Positions 33,618-43,566 are shown, numbered from the stretch's first letter. The stretch is 64,000 nt of DNA from Pyrinomonadaceae bacterium (GCA_046313635.1 JBKBYA010000001.1:416001-480000); one strand, 5' to 3'. Numbers and translations: made by a program. Notes: a model not told the origin generated them from the letters alone.

Positions 33618-34673
33618 ATGAACCGCATTAAGATCGTCCCGTTGTCGCTCATCATCATTTCAACCTTTGCGCTCGCCGCAGCGGCCCAGCAAAAGCCGCT
33701 CGAGATGGCCGGCGAAAAGCACTTGAAGAACATTCGTCAGCTCACCTTCGGCGGGGAGAATGCCGAAGCGTATTTTTCGTTCGACGGCAAGCGTCTGATC
33801 TTTCAGTCCAAGCGTGACGGGCGGCAGTGCGACCAGATCTACACGATGAACGTCGACGGCTCTAACGTGCGGATGGTATCAAACGGCGAGGGCCGCACGA
33901 CGTGCGCGTACTTTTTCAAGAACGGCAAACGCGTGCTCTACGCCTCGACGCACGGCGGCGGCCGCGACTGTCCGCCCGATCCAGACTTTTCGCAGGGCTA
34001 CGTCTGGGCCGTTTATCCCGACTACGACATCTACACCTCGACGCCCGACGGCAAGGACATCAAGAGGCTCACCAGCACTCCCGGCTACGACGCCGAAGCG
34101 ACCGTCTCGCCCGACGGCAAGCGGATCGTCTTTACGTCCGAGCGCGACGGCGATCTCGATCTCTATTCGATGGACACGGACGGCAAGAATATTCGCCGCC
34201 TGACGGACGCGATCGGGTACGACGGCGGCGCGTTCTTTTCGCCGGACGGCAAGCAGATCGTCTATCGCCGCTCGACGCCGCGCAATGAGGCCGAGACAAA
34301 GCGTTACAAAGACCTGCTCGCAAAGCACCTGATCGTACCGACAGTCTTCGAGATCTGGGTGATGAACGCCGACGGATCAAACAAACGCCAGGTGACCAAC
34401 CTAGGCTCGGGCAGCTTTGCGCCGTTCTTTACGCCCGACGGCAAGCGGATCATCTTCTGCACGAACTACTTTGCATCCGACCCGCGCAAGCGCAACTTCG
34501 ATCTCGCGCTGATCGGTGTCGACGGCAAGGGGCTCGAGCGAGTCACCTTCAACGAGACGTTTGACGGCTTTCCGATGTTCTCGCCCGACGGCAAAAAGCT
34601 CGTCTTCGCGTCCAACCGCAACGCGGCAAAAGTCGGCGACACGAATGTTTTCATCGCCGATTGGGTCGATTAG
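33618..34673 (+). CDS. Exported TolB-like PD40 beta-propeller protein
   Basis: Signal peptide; repeated FSPDGK.IVF. Confidence 0.9.
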   Translation: MNRIKIVPLSLIIISTFALAAAAQQKPLEMAGEKHLKNIRQLTFGGENAEAYFSFDGKRLIFQSKRDGRQCDQIYTMNVDGSNVRMVSNGEGRTTCAYFFKNGKRVLYASTHGGGRDCPPDPDFSQGYVWAVYPDYDIYTSTPDGKDIKRLTSTPGYDAEATVSPDGKRIVFTSERDGDLDLYSMDTDGKNIRRLTDAIGYDGGAFFSPDGKQIVYRRSTPRNEAETKRYKDLLAKHLIVPTVFEIWVMNADGSNKRQVTNLGSGSFAPFFTPDGKRIIFCTNYFASDPRKRNFDLALIGVDGKGLERVTFNETFDGFPMFSPDGKKLVFASNRNAAKVGDTNVFIADWVD

Positions 34674-34685
34674 GGGCCGGCGTGT

Positions 34686-35147
34686 TTACAGGGCTTTGAT
34701 CGGCTTTCGTATCCCGAAGTAGTAGACCCACCAGATAAAGAATATCTGCAGCGGCACGCGAAATATTAAGTAGAGCGTGCCGTATTCCATTCCGCCGAAG
34801 CGGACCTGCTTGATGCTGCCGACGATGTTGGCGGGAAGCACGAGGACGAAAAAGAGGACGAGCAAAACGGCCGTGAGCCTTGCGGTCCTGTTCCAAAGCA
34901 GGCCGACGACCGCGGCCACCTCGCACAGGCCGGTAAAGTAAACGATCTCGCGTTTAGCAGGCAGGAAGTCCGGCATCATCGCGACCATCTCGTTCGTATT
35001 AGTGAAGTGCGAAATGCCCGTCACGATCAGCATTATCGACATCGATGCGCGACCGATGAACGAGATGCCGAGACGGCCGCGGAGCACAGATCTATTCAGC
35101 AGCGACAGTATCGCGAAGGCTGCGAGCAGGAATATCAAAGGCGCCAT
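34686..35147 (-). CDS. DoxX-like membrane protein
   Basis: GISHF, MMPDFLP, VYFTGLCE, LPANI, RVPLQ. Confidence 0.8.
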   Translation of the reverse strand: MAPLIFLLAAFAILSLLNRSVLRGRLGISFIGRASMSIMLIVTGISHFTNTNEMVAMMPDFLPAKREIVYFTGLCEVAAVVGLLWNRTARLTAVLLVLFFVLVLPANIVGSIKQVRFGGMEYGTLYLIFRVPLQIFFIWWVYYFGIRKPIKAL

Positions 35148-35224
35148 ATCTTGAAAACGCTCCCGAATCAGTCCATATTCGAAAGCGATAACAACACTCT
35201 AAATATAAAGCTCCGCAGCAAAAA

Positions 35225-36100
35225 ATGTCGGCGATCAAATTCTGCAAGTTTCACGGCTTTGGCAACGACTACATCGTCCTCGATGCCGAGCGCTTGCCCG
35301 AGCATCTCGACATTGCCGAGCTCGCAAGAGACATCTGCCGGCGCCACACCGGAGCAGGCAGCGACGGCATCGCGGTGATCCGGCGGCTGACGGGCGATGA
35401 CTCGGCCGACTTCTTTTGTGAGATCGTCAATCCTGACGGCAGCGTCGCGGGCTTTTCGGGCAACGGCACGCGATGCGCGGTTGCGTACCTCTATCAACAA
35501 GGGCTCTGGAGCTCGCCCGTGCTGCGGCTCGCGACGCGGAGCGGGATCAAGAATTTCAGGCTCGTCGAGGACGCGGGCGGCGGCCGGTACCGGTTCGAGG
35601 CCGAGATCGGCCGGCCGAGATTCGCGAGCGACGAGATCCCGATCCGCATCGATCCGCCTCGAGACGCGGTGATCGATCACGATATGCCGCTCACCGACCG
35701 TCACGTGACGGTCTCGTGCGTAAACGTCGGCAATCCGGTAGCGTGCATTTTTGTCGACAGCCTCAGGCTCGACTGGCGCTCGCTCGGCCGCGAGCTCGAG
35801 CAGCATCCGGCGTTTCCCGAGCGGGCGAACATCGTCTTTGTGAAGGTGCTCGACCGCGACACGATCGAGCTCCGCATCTGGGAACGCGGAGCGGGCGAGA
35901 CGTCGGCGTCGGGAACATGCGCGAGCGGTGCGGCCGTGCTCAGCGCGTACACCGGGCGTACCGGGCGCAGCGTGTCGGTGATCACCGAGGGCGGTACGAC
36001 GCGCGTCGATTGGCGCGAGGTCGACGGCGAGATGCTGCTTACCGGCGAGGCCGAGCTTGCGTATCTCGGCGAATGGCCGCTCCGCGACGCTCGGCATTGA
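35225..36100 (+). CDS. dapF: Diaminopimelate epimerase homolog (Ser/Ser active-site variant)
   Basis: HGFGNDY, GSDG, NPDGS, SGNG, VGNP, WERGAGET; SGNG and ASGT replace CGNG and ACGT. Confidence 0.88.
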   Translation: MSAIKFCKFHGFGNDYIVLDAERLPEHLDIAELARDICRRHTGAGSDGIAVIRRLTGDDSADFFCEIVNPDGSVAGFSGNGTRCAVAYLYQQGLWSSPVLRLATRSGIKNFRLVEDAGGGRYRFEAEIGRPRFASDEIPIRIDPPRDAVIDHDMPLTDRHVTVSCVNVGNPVACIFVDSLRLDWRSLGRELEQHPAFPERANIVFVKVLDRDTIELRIWERGAGETSASGTCASGAAVLSAYTGRTGRSVSVITEGGTTRVDWREVDGEMLLTGEAELAYLGEWPLRDARH

Positions 36101-36107
36101 CCGGGCC

Positions 36108-36644
36108 TTAATTTTTCGACTTCAGATACTTTTTGGGGATCGGATCGGCGGGCGTCTCGGCCTGCCAGTAGATCGTGACGATCCACCATCGCTTACCGTC
36201 GTTCAAAAGCTGAAAGCTGTTGATCCCGCGCATAAAAGGCGTCTTGTCGGCGCGCGAGCGAAACGACTCGTAGGTCGAAAAGACGTGCACGACGCTGCCG
36301 TAACGCTCGACGCGGCGAGCCTTTTCGCTCTCGTAAAATCCCTCTTTTGCAAAGACGGGCTCGACCCGCTTGATGTAATCCTCCGGCGAGAGAGCACGCG
36401 CCGTGACGAGGCCGGTCTGCGCGTTCTTGCCCGTCGGTATCAGCCGCGCGTCCTTGTGAAACAGCGAACGAAACCGTTCCCAATCGCGCGGCTGCCCGGC
36501 CTCGCCCGAGATGCTGTCGTAAACGGCCTTCATAATTCCGTCGAGCGTCGAGACGTCGGCGGGATCTGCCTCTTTTGTCGTTTGTGCCATGGCTGCAGCG
36601 GCGGAGATCACGATCAGTAGTGATGCCGCGATGAACTGTTTCAT
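36108..36644 (-). CDS. Exported NTF2/SnoaL-like hypothetical protein
   Basis: Signal peptide; RGINSFQL...RWWIV pattern. Confidence 0.75.
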   Translation of the reverse strand: MKQFIAASLLIVISAAAAMAQTTKEADPADVSTLDGIMKAVYDSISGEAGQPRDWERFRSLFHKDARLIPTGKNAQTGLVTARALSPEDYIKRVEPVFAKEGFYESEKARRVERYGSVVHVFSTYESFRSRADKTPFMRGINSFQLLNDGKRWWIVTIYWQAETPADPIPKKYLKSKN

Positions 36645-36680
36645 ACGGTGCGGTGGTACGCCGGGCGGCGGCTGATAGTT

Positions 36681-37571
36681 TCACTCGTCGGTCGCGGGGA
36701 GCCGGCTCACCGGGTCGAGGCGCGTCTCGATCGCGTCCTGCACATCGCGCGGCAGCGCCGAAAAGAGATCGAGCCCCGTCCGCCGCTCGATCTCTCGCAC
36801 GGTCGTCAGATATTGTCGCCAATTGGCGTCGGCGATGCCGTCGCGGTTTGGCATATCGACGGCGATCACGCGCGTGTCGCCGCGGACGACCGTGTCGGGC
36901 GAATCCGAGCGCGGCAGGACGAGAATTACCTTCCAGCACGATCGCGGCACCGTTACCTTGCCGCGCAGCCGCTCGCCGCGCTCGCCGTAGACGCCGGCAA
37001 AAATGTAAAGCGTATTCCCGCGCCGCGCGAGCGAGCGCGAGTAGCGCTCGAGCTTTTCCCAAGGGTTGCGATTGAGGTCGCCGGTCTGCGGGACGACGTT
37101 TGTCATCAGGAAAGTCTCGGCGTTTGCCCGCGGGTCGGCAAAGCGGTCGGCGCTCGGCACGAGATGTCCGCGGTCAAATCCGCTGCCGCTGTAGTCCGAC
37201 GGCGTGACGCGTGTAAAACCCGCCGGCAGCGTACCGTCCGGTTCAAAGTCGGGCCGCGGAATGCTCTCGCCGAGGTCTGCGGCCGTCAGACGCCACGCCG
37301 CCCAATTCGCCGTGCCGCGAGCGTCGTTGTAAGAGAGGACGTAAGTCGAGCGGACGATCAGGAAATTGTTTCGATCGGCCGCGTCGGCGGCGGCGTTCGA
37401 CGGATTGCCAAAAGGGAGCAGGCGGTCGGCATCGGCGCCGATGCGCGCCTCGGGCTGCGGCCAGGCCGCGCAGCCGAGCTGCAACGCGATCGCGATGGCC
37501 GCGGCGGCCGCGAGCAAGTGTGAGGACAGCCCATTCCGGCGGCGGCGCATCGAATCGTTTCCACGGTCCAT
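36681..37571 (-). CDS. DNA/RNA non-specific endonuclease (NucA-like), probable lipoprotein
   Basis: FDRGHLVPS, TFLMTNVVPQ, PWEKLE; LQLGC lipobox-like; start may be the second Met. Confidence 0.9.
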   Translation of the reverse strand: MDRGNDSMRRRRNGLSSHLLAAAAAIAIALQLGCAAWPQPEARIGADADRLLPFGNPSNAAADAADRNNFLIVRSTYVLSYNDARGTANWAAWRLTAADLGESIPRPDFEPDGTLPAGFTRVTPSDYSGSGFDRGHLVPSADRFADPRANAETFLMTNVVPQTGDLNRNPWEKLERYSRSLARRGNTLYIFAGVYGERGERLRGKVTVPRSCWKVILVLPRSDSPDTVVRGDTRVIAVDMPNRDGIADANWRQYLTTVREIERRTGLDLFSALPRDVQDAIETRLDPVSRLPATDE

Positions 37572-37643
37572 ATCTGTCGGCGAAAACAGTCTAGCAAACG
37601 CCGCGAATGCCCACCCGGGAACGATTACGCTAGAATGAACTCA

Positions 37644-38729
37644 GTGAGCGAAAAGCCGCATTTGATCGGGCTCGACAAGAGCGAGCTCGCCGAATTTGTA
37701 AAAGGGATCGGCGAGCCGGCATTCCGCGCGCGGCAATTGTTTAGCAATCTGCACGGCCGACGCGCGCGCTCATTCGACGAGATGAGCGACCTGCCAAAGC
37801 CGCTCCGAGCAAAGCTCGCGGAGACCGCCGCGATCTCGGCCCTCACGATCGAGTCGCGCTACACGTCGGTCGACGGCACGCGCCGCTTCCTGATGCGCAC
37901 GGCCGACGGCCGGCCGGTCGAGACCGTTTTTATCCCGAGCGAGGGCCGCGACACGATCTGCTTCTCGTCGCAGTCGGGTTGCCAGCTCAAATGCGATTTT
38001 TGTTTGACGGCAAAGCTGGGTCTTTTTCGCAGCCTGTCGGCCGGCGAGATCGTCGAACAGATCGTCCTTGTGCTCAACGACGTCTACGGCCCGGCGGCCG
38101 AGACGCCGCATGGCACAAATCTCGTCGCAATGGGCGAGGGCGAGCCCTTTCTGAATTTCGAAAACCTGATCAAGGCGCTCGAGCTCATGGCGAGCGACGA
38201 CGGGCTGCACATCGTGCCCGGCCGCGTCACGGTCTCGACCGCGGGCATCGTGCCGCGAATTTACGATTTTGCGCGGCTCGAGCGGCGGCCCAATCTTGCG
38301 ATCTCGCTGACCGCTGCCGAGGACGAGCTTCGCGACCGTCTGATGCCGATCAATCGCCGCTGGAATATCGACGAGCTGCTGCGTGCGGCAAAGGAGTTTG
38401 AGAAGACGCTCAAGCGCGGCGAGCGATTCACCTTTGAGTACGTGCTGCTCGGCGGCGTCAACGACTCTGACGGCGATGCCGAAAAGCTCGCCCGCCTGCT
38501 TCGCCGCTACGACCTGCAAAAGGCAAAGGTGAATCTCATCCCGCACAACCCGGCCGAGCAGCTCGATTACCGGCCGTCGACGCGCGAGCAGGTCGTGCGG
38601 TTCAAACAGATACTCGAGGACCGCGGCGTCTCGGCCTACATCCGCACGCCGCGCGGCCGCGACATATACGCCGCCTGCGGCCAGCTCGCCGCCAAGCAGG
38701 AGCCCAATCTCGTGCAGATCGGCGCGTAG
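37644..38729 (+). CDS. rlmN: Radical SAM RNA methyltransferase RlmN
   Basis: GCQLKCDFC, MGEGEP, FEYVLLGGVND, AACGQL; GTG 37644 preferred over ATG 37635. Confidence 0.93.
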   Translation: MSEKPHLIGLDKSELAEFVKGIGEPAFRARQLFSNLHGRRARSFDEMSDLPKPLRAKLAETAAISALTIESRYTSVDGTRRFLMRTADGRPVETVFIPSEGRDTICFSSQSGCQLKCDFCLTAKLGLFRSLSAGEIVEQIVLVLNDVYGPAAETPHGTNLVAMGEGEPFLNFENLIKALELMASDDGLHIVPGRVTVSTAGIVPRIYDFARLERRPNLAISLTAAEDELRDRLMPINRRWNIDELLRAAKEFEKTLKRGERFTFEYVLLGGVNDSDGDAEKLARLLRRYDLQKAKVNLIPHNPAEQLDYRPSTREQVVRFKQILEDRGVSAYIRTPRGRDIYAACGQLAAKQEPNLVQIGA

Positions 38730-38743
38730 CGCTTATTGAATTT

Positions 38744-39178
38744 ATGGAGATACTGATCCCCGGATTGATCCTCGTCGCGCTGATGGCCTGGGCCTCGACC
38801 AAGATCAAGCGCGCGGCCGCCGCGGCGTACGAGGCAGAGACCGTCACGACCGACGAGTTCGCGATCGAGAAGCCTGAAGGGATAATCCACCCGCTCAACG
38901 ACGACTCGAAATATCTCTTCGAGGCGTACACCAAAGACTTTGGCACAGCGGACGAGCACAGCCGCGAGCGGCAGGTCGCTGCCTACGTGACGCGTGCCGA
39001 TGGTTCGGGCGGCGACGAGGCCGAGAGCTCGACAGCTGACGGCCGGACCGTCTTTCGCAAGACGCTCGGTCTCGGCGACGGGCAGGCGCTGCTTCTCGAG
39101 GTCGTCGCTTTAACAGATCATCTCGACGAAAACCGCGATCGGGTGGAACGGCTGCTTGGCTCGTTTCGCGCCCGTTAG
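38744..39178 (+). CDS. Membrane-anchored hypothetical protein
   Basis: N-terminal TM segment; directly follows rlmN. Confidence 0.7.
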   Translation: MEILIPGLILVALMAWASTKIKRAAAAAYEAETVTTDEFAIEKPEGIIHPLNDDSKYLFEAYTKDFGTADEHSRERQVAAYVTRADGSGGDEAESSTADGRTVFRKTLGLGDGQALLLEVVALTDHLDENRDRVERLLGSFRAR

Positions 39179-39235
39179 AGAGCGGCGTTGAGCTGCCGAG
39201 GCGGCCCGCGATCTTTTGTTCTATTTGAATTTGAT

Positions 39236-39700
39236 ATGCAGAAATTCCTGAAAGCTACATTCGCCGTCCCGACATTTATCTTTTGCCTCTATGCCTGCGC
39301 CTCGGCGCAGACCGTCAGCGGATCGATCGGTCCCGTCGAACGCGGCGACTCGGTGCGCGGCTCGATCGTGCTCGACATCCCGGGCGAGCTGCACGTCAAC
39401 TCGAGCCGGCCGGCCAGCCGGTACGCGATCCCGACGACGGTCCGCCTGACCGCGAACGGCGGTGCAAAGGTCTCGGGGCCGTCGTACCCGCGCGGCGTCG
39501 ACCGCAGGTTCCAGTTCTCCGAGCAGACGATCAACGTCTATGAGGGACGTGTGAAGTTTCCCTTCACGCTCAGAGTGCCGGCAAATTTTAAGGGGAATGT
39601 CGTCCGCGTCCGCGCGGTCGTCCGCTACCAGGCGTGCACCAACGAGGTGTGCTATCCGCCGCGCAGCAAAGAAGTGGCGCTGACCGCACGCGTCAAATAA
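39236..39700 (+). CDS. Stand-alone DsbD N-terminal-like domain protein
   Basis: Signal peptide; YQACTNEVCYPP. Confidence 0.8.
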   Translation: MQKFLKATFAVPTFIFCLYACASAQTVSGSIGPVERGDSVRGSIVLDIPGELHVNSSRPASRYAIPTTVRLTANGGAKVSGPSYPRGVDRRFQFSEQTINVYEGRVKFPFTLRVPANFKGNVVRVRAVVRYQACTNEVCYPPRSKEVALTARVK

Positions 39701-39706
39701 GAACGA

Positions 39707-42133
39707 TCAGAATCTAAACTCGCCGGGCACGAACTCGATCGCCCGTATCTCGCCGTCGTACTGCCGGCCAGCCTCGCCAAGCGGCCGGTAGGTCACGACG
39801 GCTTTTGCTTTGTCGACCAGTCCGCCGCAGTCGAGCGGCATCTGCGACGACGCGACGCTGAACCAGCCGAAAACTATCGCCGCGGGCGTCTCCGAGACGA
39901 GTCTCAGCGTGCGGCCGTCGGCGGCGACATTCATCGTCACGGCCGGGGCCGAACATTCGATCCGGTCGATGCTGCCGACAACCCGCAGCTCGCCCTCGAG
40001 CGGCTGGCGAAGCGCTCGCGATATCGAAACGATCCTCTCCGCCGTCGGCAGAAACGCCGGCGTCGATCGACGCGGATCGTCGTCGGCGACGACGACTGTC
40101 TTCGCGGCCGCCAGCTCGCCTATCGACATCAAGCGGAAAAATTCGGGGACAAAACTGATCGCCGTCAGCGTCGGCCGCTGATCGAGACTGTCGGCCGCGC
40201 TCGATCTGACATTCAGCACAGCGAGCTGTCTGCCGAGCGCGGCTCCGCATCCGATCTCGAAAGAATGTTCGCCTTCGTTCAAAACGGTCATTCGCAGCGA
40301 CTGAAAGCCGCGGCTCGTCAGCCTGATGCGGCCGCCGTCCGACGCGCTCGCGACGAGATACGTGATGTCGCCCGCGGGCGTGCACTCGACGCGCTCGATG
40401 CGGCCGACGATCTGCTTCTCGTCCGCCGCCGGACGGATCAGGAGTCGATTGACGTTATTGTTCTCGCGAAAGCGTTCGATCAGCTCAAGGTCGCCGGCGG
40501 CGAGCCATGACCGCTTGAGGACGACGATGCCGGGCAGCGCAAAATGCGAAACCCTGAAATGGATCGGCGCCGATCGCTCGAGAGACGCGCGGGCCAAGTC
40601 GTATTCGCGGACGGCCGCGAGCAGCTCCTCGGCCGGAGCTCGTACGCCGGCATCTTTTGACGCCGCAAGTCCCGAGGCGATCGTTCGCGCCTCGTCGTAC
40701 TTTTCGCGCACGATCAGTATCCGCGCGAGCAGGAGTCTGTATCCGCCGTCGGCGGGCTGGAGCTCGACGGCACGCCGCATAAGCCGCTCGGCCTCAGCGC
40801 GGTCGTCGTCGTTGACAAAGTACGTAAAGGCAAGCAGTCGATAGCTCTCGGCGCTGTCTGGCGCGAGGGCGATCGCCTTTTGCAGAGACGAGCGCATCTT
40901 TGCGGCCGTATCGCCGGCGAATCTGGTCACCGACCCTCTCAGCCCGGCCGCGACGAGCTGGAGCGCGTACGCGTGACCGAAAAAGACCGACGCGTCCGAT
41001 GTGCCGAGCTCGACGGCCCGCTCGAGATAGGGCAGAGCTGCCGCCGGCCTCTCGAGACGCAGCAGCAGCGAGCCGAGCGAGCCGTTGGCGAGCGGCGACA
41101 GCGGATCGGCGGCGAGCGATTGTCGGAGCACGCCTTCGGCAGCTGCAAGGTCGCCCAGATGCGCGAGCAGCGCGCCGAGACGAGCGTTCGCGTCGGCTTC
41201 GGTGATCGATGTTGCGGCGAGCGAAGACCGCGCATCCGCGGCGACATCGCGCGGGCGCAGCGCGATCGAGATCGGGGCCGGCCGCCGATCGCCGCGCAAG
41301 GATGCCGTCCGCGCGAGATGCGCGGCCAGCTCTCTTTCAAGCGTCGGCCGGTCGAGGCCGAATGCGGAGATCGGATCGACGGCGCCGCCGGCGGCCACGG
41401 CTTTTGCGGCGAGATCGTCAGCCGTCATTCGCCCGGTCGAGAAGAGGTAATGCACGGCCAGCCACGACCGAGCGTAGAACGTCTGCCGCTCGGCTCCCGT
41501 GAGCCTCTGCAGCGCCGGGCCGTCGACCGCGGCGACCAATGCGAGGTCGGTCGCGGGCTGCTTTTTCAAAAGGCGAAGGTGATCGGCGAGCGGCTCGCCG
41601 AGAACCGCGGTCCGACCGGCGGCCGTGAGGCGAGCCGTTTCAAAATATTCGGCCAGCCCTTCGCTGAGCCACGGAGGCAGCCGCTCGCCGAGAAGCTCGC
41701 GGGCAAAGGCGTGAAAGAGCTCGTGATTCACGGTGCCGACGGCAGCGTCACGGCCCGACCGCGGAGCGATCGTGATGTAGCCCTCGCGCTCGCCGGCCGC
41801 GAAGTAGCCGAGAACGCCGTCGTCGCCCGTGCGGTCCGGCCGCCGCGGGCGAAACGCGGCATACGATGCCGGATCGCGAAAGGCGACGATGCGCAAAAAG
41901 TACCTGCCGCCGTGCTTGCCGTCGCCGCGGGCAAAGAGCCGTCCGAGCAGATCGCGAAATTCCTCGATCTGCCGGGCCATTTCCAGGATCTCGATCTCTG
42001 TCCCGGTCGAGATCAGTTCAAAGTCGTTCGTCCGCACGGCGAGCCAGCGCGGCGGCTGCGCAAAAGCGGCCGAGGCCGCTGCGAGGATCGCGGCGAGCAA
42101 GATCATCGATCTGTAAAGAGAGCGTTTGAACAT
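39707..42133 (-). CDS. Exported gluzincin-like (HExxH) domain + TPR protein
   Basis: NHELFH, WLSEGLAEYF, TPR-like helices, duplicated Cys-containing C-terminal module. Confidence 0.75.
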   Translation of the reverse strand: MFKRSLYRSMILLAAILAAASAAFAQPPRWLAVRTNDFELISTGTEIEILEMARQIEEFRDLLGRLFARGDGKHGGRYFLRIVAFRDPASYAAFRPRRPDRTGDDGVLGYFAAGEREGYITIAPRSGRDAAVGTVNHELFHAFARELLGERLPPWLSEGLAEYFETARLTAAGRTAVLGEPLADHLRLLKKQPATDLALVAAVDGPALQRLTGAERQTFYARSWLAVHYLFSTGRMTADDLAAKAVAAGGAVDPISAFGLDRPTLERELAAHLARTASLRGDRRPAPISIALRPRDVAADARSSLAATSITEADANARLGALLAHLGDLAAAEGVLRQSLAADPLSPLANGSLGSLLLRLERPAAALPYLERAVELGTSDASVFFGHAYALQLVAAGLRGSVTRFAGDTAAKMRSSLQKAIALAPDSAESYRLLAFTYFVNDDDRAEAERLMRRAVELQPADGGYRLLLARILIVREKYDEARTIASGLAASKDAGVRAPAEELLAAVREYDLARASLERSAPIHFRVSHFALPGIVVLKRSWLAAGDLELIERFRENNNVNRLLIRPAADEKQIVGRIERVECTPAGDITYLVASASDGGRIRLTSRGFQSLRMTVLNEGEHSFEIGCGAALGRQLAVLNVRSSAADSLDQRPTLTAISFVPEFFRLMSIGELAAAKTVVVADDDPRRSTPAFLPTAERIVSISRALRQPLEGELRVVGSIDRIECSAPAVTMNVAADGRTLRLVSETPAAIVFGWFSVASSQMPLDCGGLVDKAKAVVTYRPLGEAGRQYDGEIRAIEFVPGEFRF

Positions 42134-42168
42134 CAGAGGGCAGACCGCTCTCGCTGCGTTTTGCCGCT

Positions 42169-43047
42169 TCAGATCTTGCCGATCACCGACAGCAGCCGTC
42201 CGGTCTTGCCGTATTTGCTCTTTTCGATGCGGTACGAGAAGAAAAGGTCTGTATGAGAGAGCGTGCAAAAAGGCGCGGCAAAGATCCGCTCCTGAGCGAC
42301 GCCGCTCGCCGTCAATTGATCGCGGTTGGCGGCGTGCAGGTTGACGAGAGCGTGGCCGTCGCGCGTCGGTCTGAAGTAGCGTGCGGCAAGGTCGGGAAAG
42401 TTCGTCTCAAAAGCCTCGATCACTTCGCGGCCGACCTCGTAGCAGGCGCCGCTCGCCGCCGGGCCGATCGCCGCGACGATGTCTTGCGGGTCGGTGCCGA
42501 ATTCGGCCTTCAAGCGCGCGACCGTCTTTGCCGCGATCGAGAGCGCCGTCCCGCGCCAGCCTGCGTGCACGGCGGCGAAGGCTCCTGTCTTTGCGTCGCC
42601 AAGCAGCAGCGGCACGCAGTCTGCAGTCTTGACGCCCGCGAGCACGCCGTCCAGATCTGACGCCACCGCGTCGGCGCGCTCGTCGGAGTCGCCGGCTTCG
42701 TCGAACTGACGGACGACGCGAATGTCGTCACCGTGCACCTGCCACGCGAGCGCGAGCTTGTAGGGACGGTCAAAGACGGCGAGGAATCGGCGGCGATTTT
42801 CGAAAATGTTCTCGCGCGAGTCCTCGGTAAAGCCGGCGAGATTCAATTCGCCGCCGGCCGCTTCGTTGAGTGAAGATACGCCGCCGAGCCGCGTCGAAAA
42901 ACCATTTGCAAAACCCGCCGTCTCGAGCTCGCGGCAGACCAGCACCTTCACGCCTTCGCGTTCTCGCCAACGGAATCCGAGTTCTGCTAAAGTCTCGTCT
43001 GTGACCTCGGACAACTGACCACCGACAACTGACAACTGCTGACCCAT
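42169..43047 (-). CDS. pgeF: PgeF/YfiH family protein
   Basis: FSTRLGGVS, QVHG, TADCVP, VHAGWRG, FFSYR; start uncertain. Confidence 0.92.
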   Translation of the reverse strand: MGQQLSVVGGQLSEVTDETLAELGFRWREREGVKVLVCRELETAGFANGFSTRLGGVSSLNEAAGGELNLAGFTEDSRENIFENRRRFLAVFDRPYKLALAWQVHGDDIRVVRQFDEAGDSDERADAVASDLDGVLAGVKTADCVPLLLGDAKTGAFAAVHAGWRGTALSIAAKTVARLKAEFGTDPQDIVAAIGPAASGACYEVGREVIEAFETNFPDLAARYFRPTRDGHALVNLHAANRDQLTASGVAQERIFAAPFCTLSHTDLFFSYRIEKSKYGKTGRLLSVIGKI

Positions 43048-43423
43048 GATCGTCTCAACCGGCATCGACATAGTCGAAGTCTATCGCATACGCGAGACCG
43101 TCTCCAGGACTCCGCGATTCGTCGAGCGTGTCTTTACCGAGGCCGAACGCCGCTACTGCGAGAGCAAGGGCGCGGCCGCGGCGCAGTCGTACGCCGGGCG
43201 CTTTGCGGCGAAAGAGGCCTTTCTCAAAGCGCTCAAGACCGGCTGGCGCGGCAAGCTGCAGTGGACCGATATCGAGATCGTCAACGACGACGCGGGAGCT
43301 CCGGCCCTCGATCTCACGGGCGAGGCCCTCGCGCTCGTCGAGGCGATGGGCGCGAGGCGCGTCCACCTCTCGATCTCGCACACAGCCGAGCACGCCGTCG
43401 CACAAGTTATTTTGGAAAGTTAG
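43046..43423 (+). CDS. acpS: Holo-ACP synthase
   Basis: GIDIVE, GRFAAKEAFLKAL, LSISH. Confidence 0.95.
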   Translation: MIVSTGIDIVEVYRIRETVSRTPRFVERVFTEAERRYCESKGAAAAQSYAGRFAAKEAFLKALKTGWRGKLQWTDIEIVNDDAGAPALDLTGEALALVEAMGARRVHLSISHTAEHAVAQVILES

Positions 43424-43454
43424 AGAGCGGGCAGGTTTTATGAACGCGGTCCGC

Positions 43455-43546
43455 GTCGCCAACGGCGACGAACCTATAAAGCCCAGGGTTTCGTTCGCAA
43501 TGCCTCACTGCACCCTAGGCTTTATAAGTTTGCCGCCGTTGGCGAC
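43455..43546. repeat. REP-like palindromic element
   Basis: 35-bp arms at 43455-43489 and 43512-43546, 31/35 complementary, each with an internal GTCGCC..GGCGRC hairpin. Confidence 0.75.
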
Positions 43547-43566
43547 TATCATCCACGTGGTCGGTT

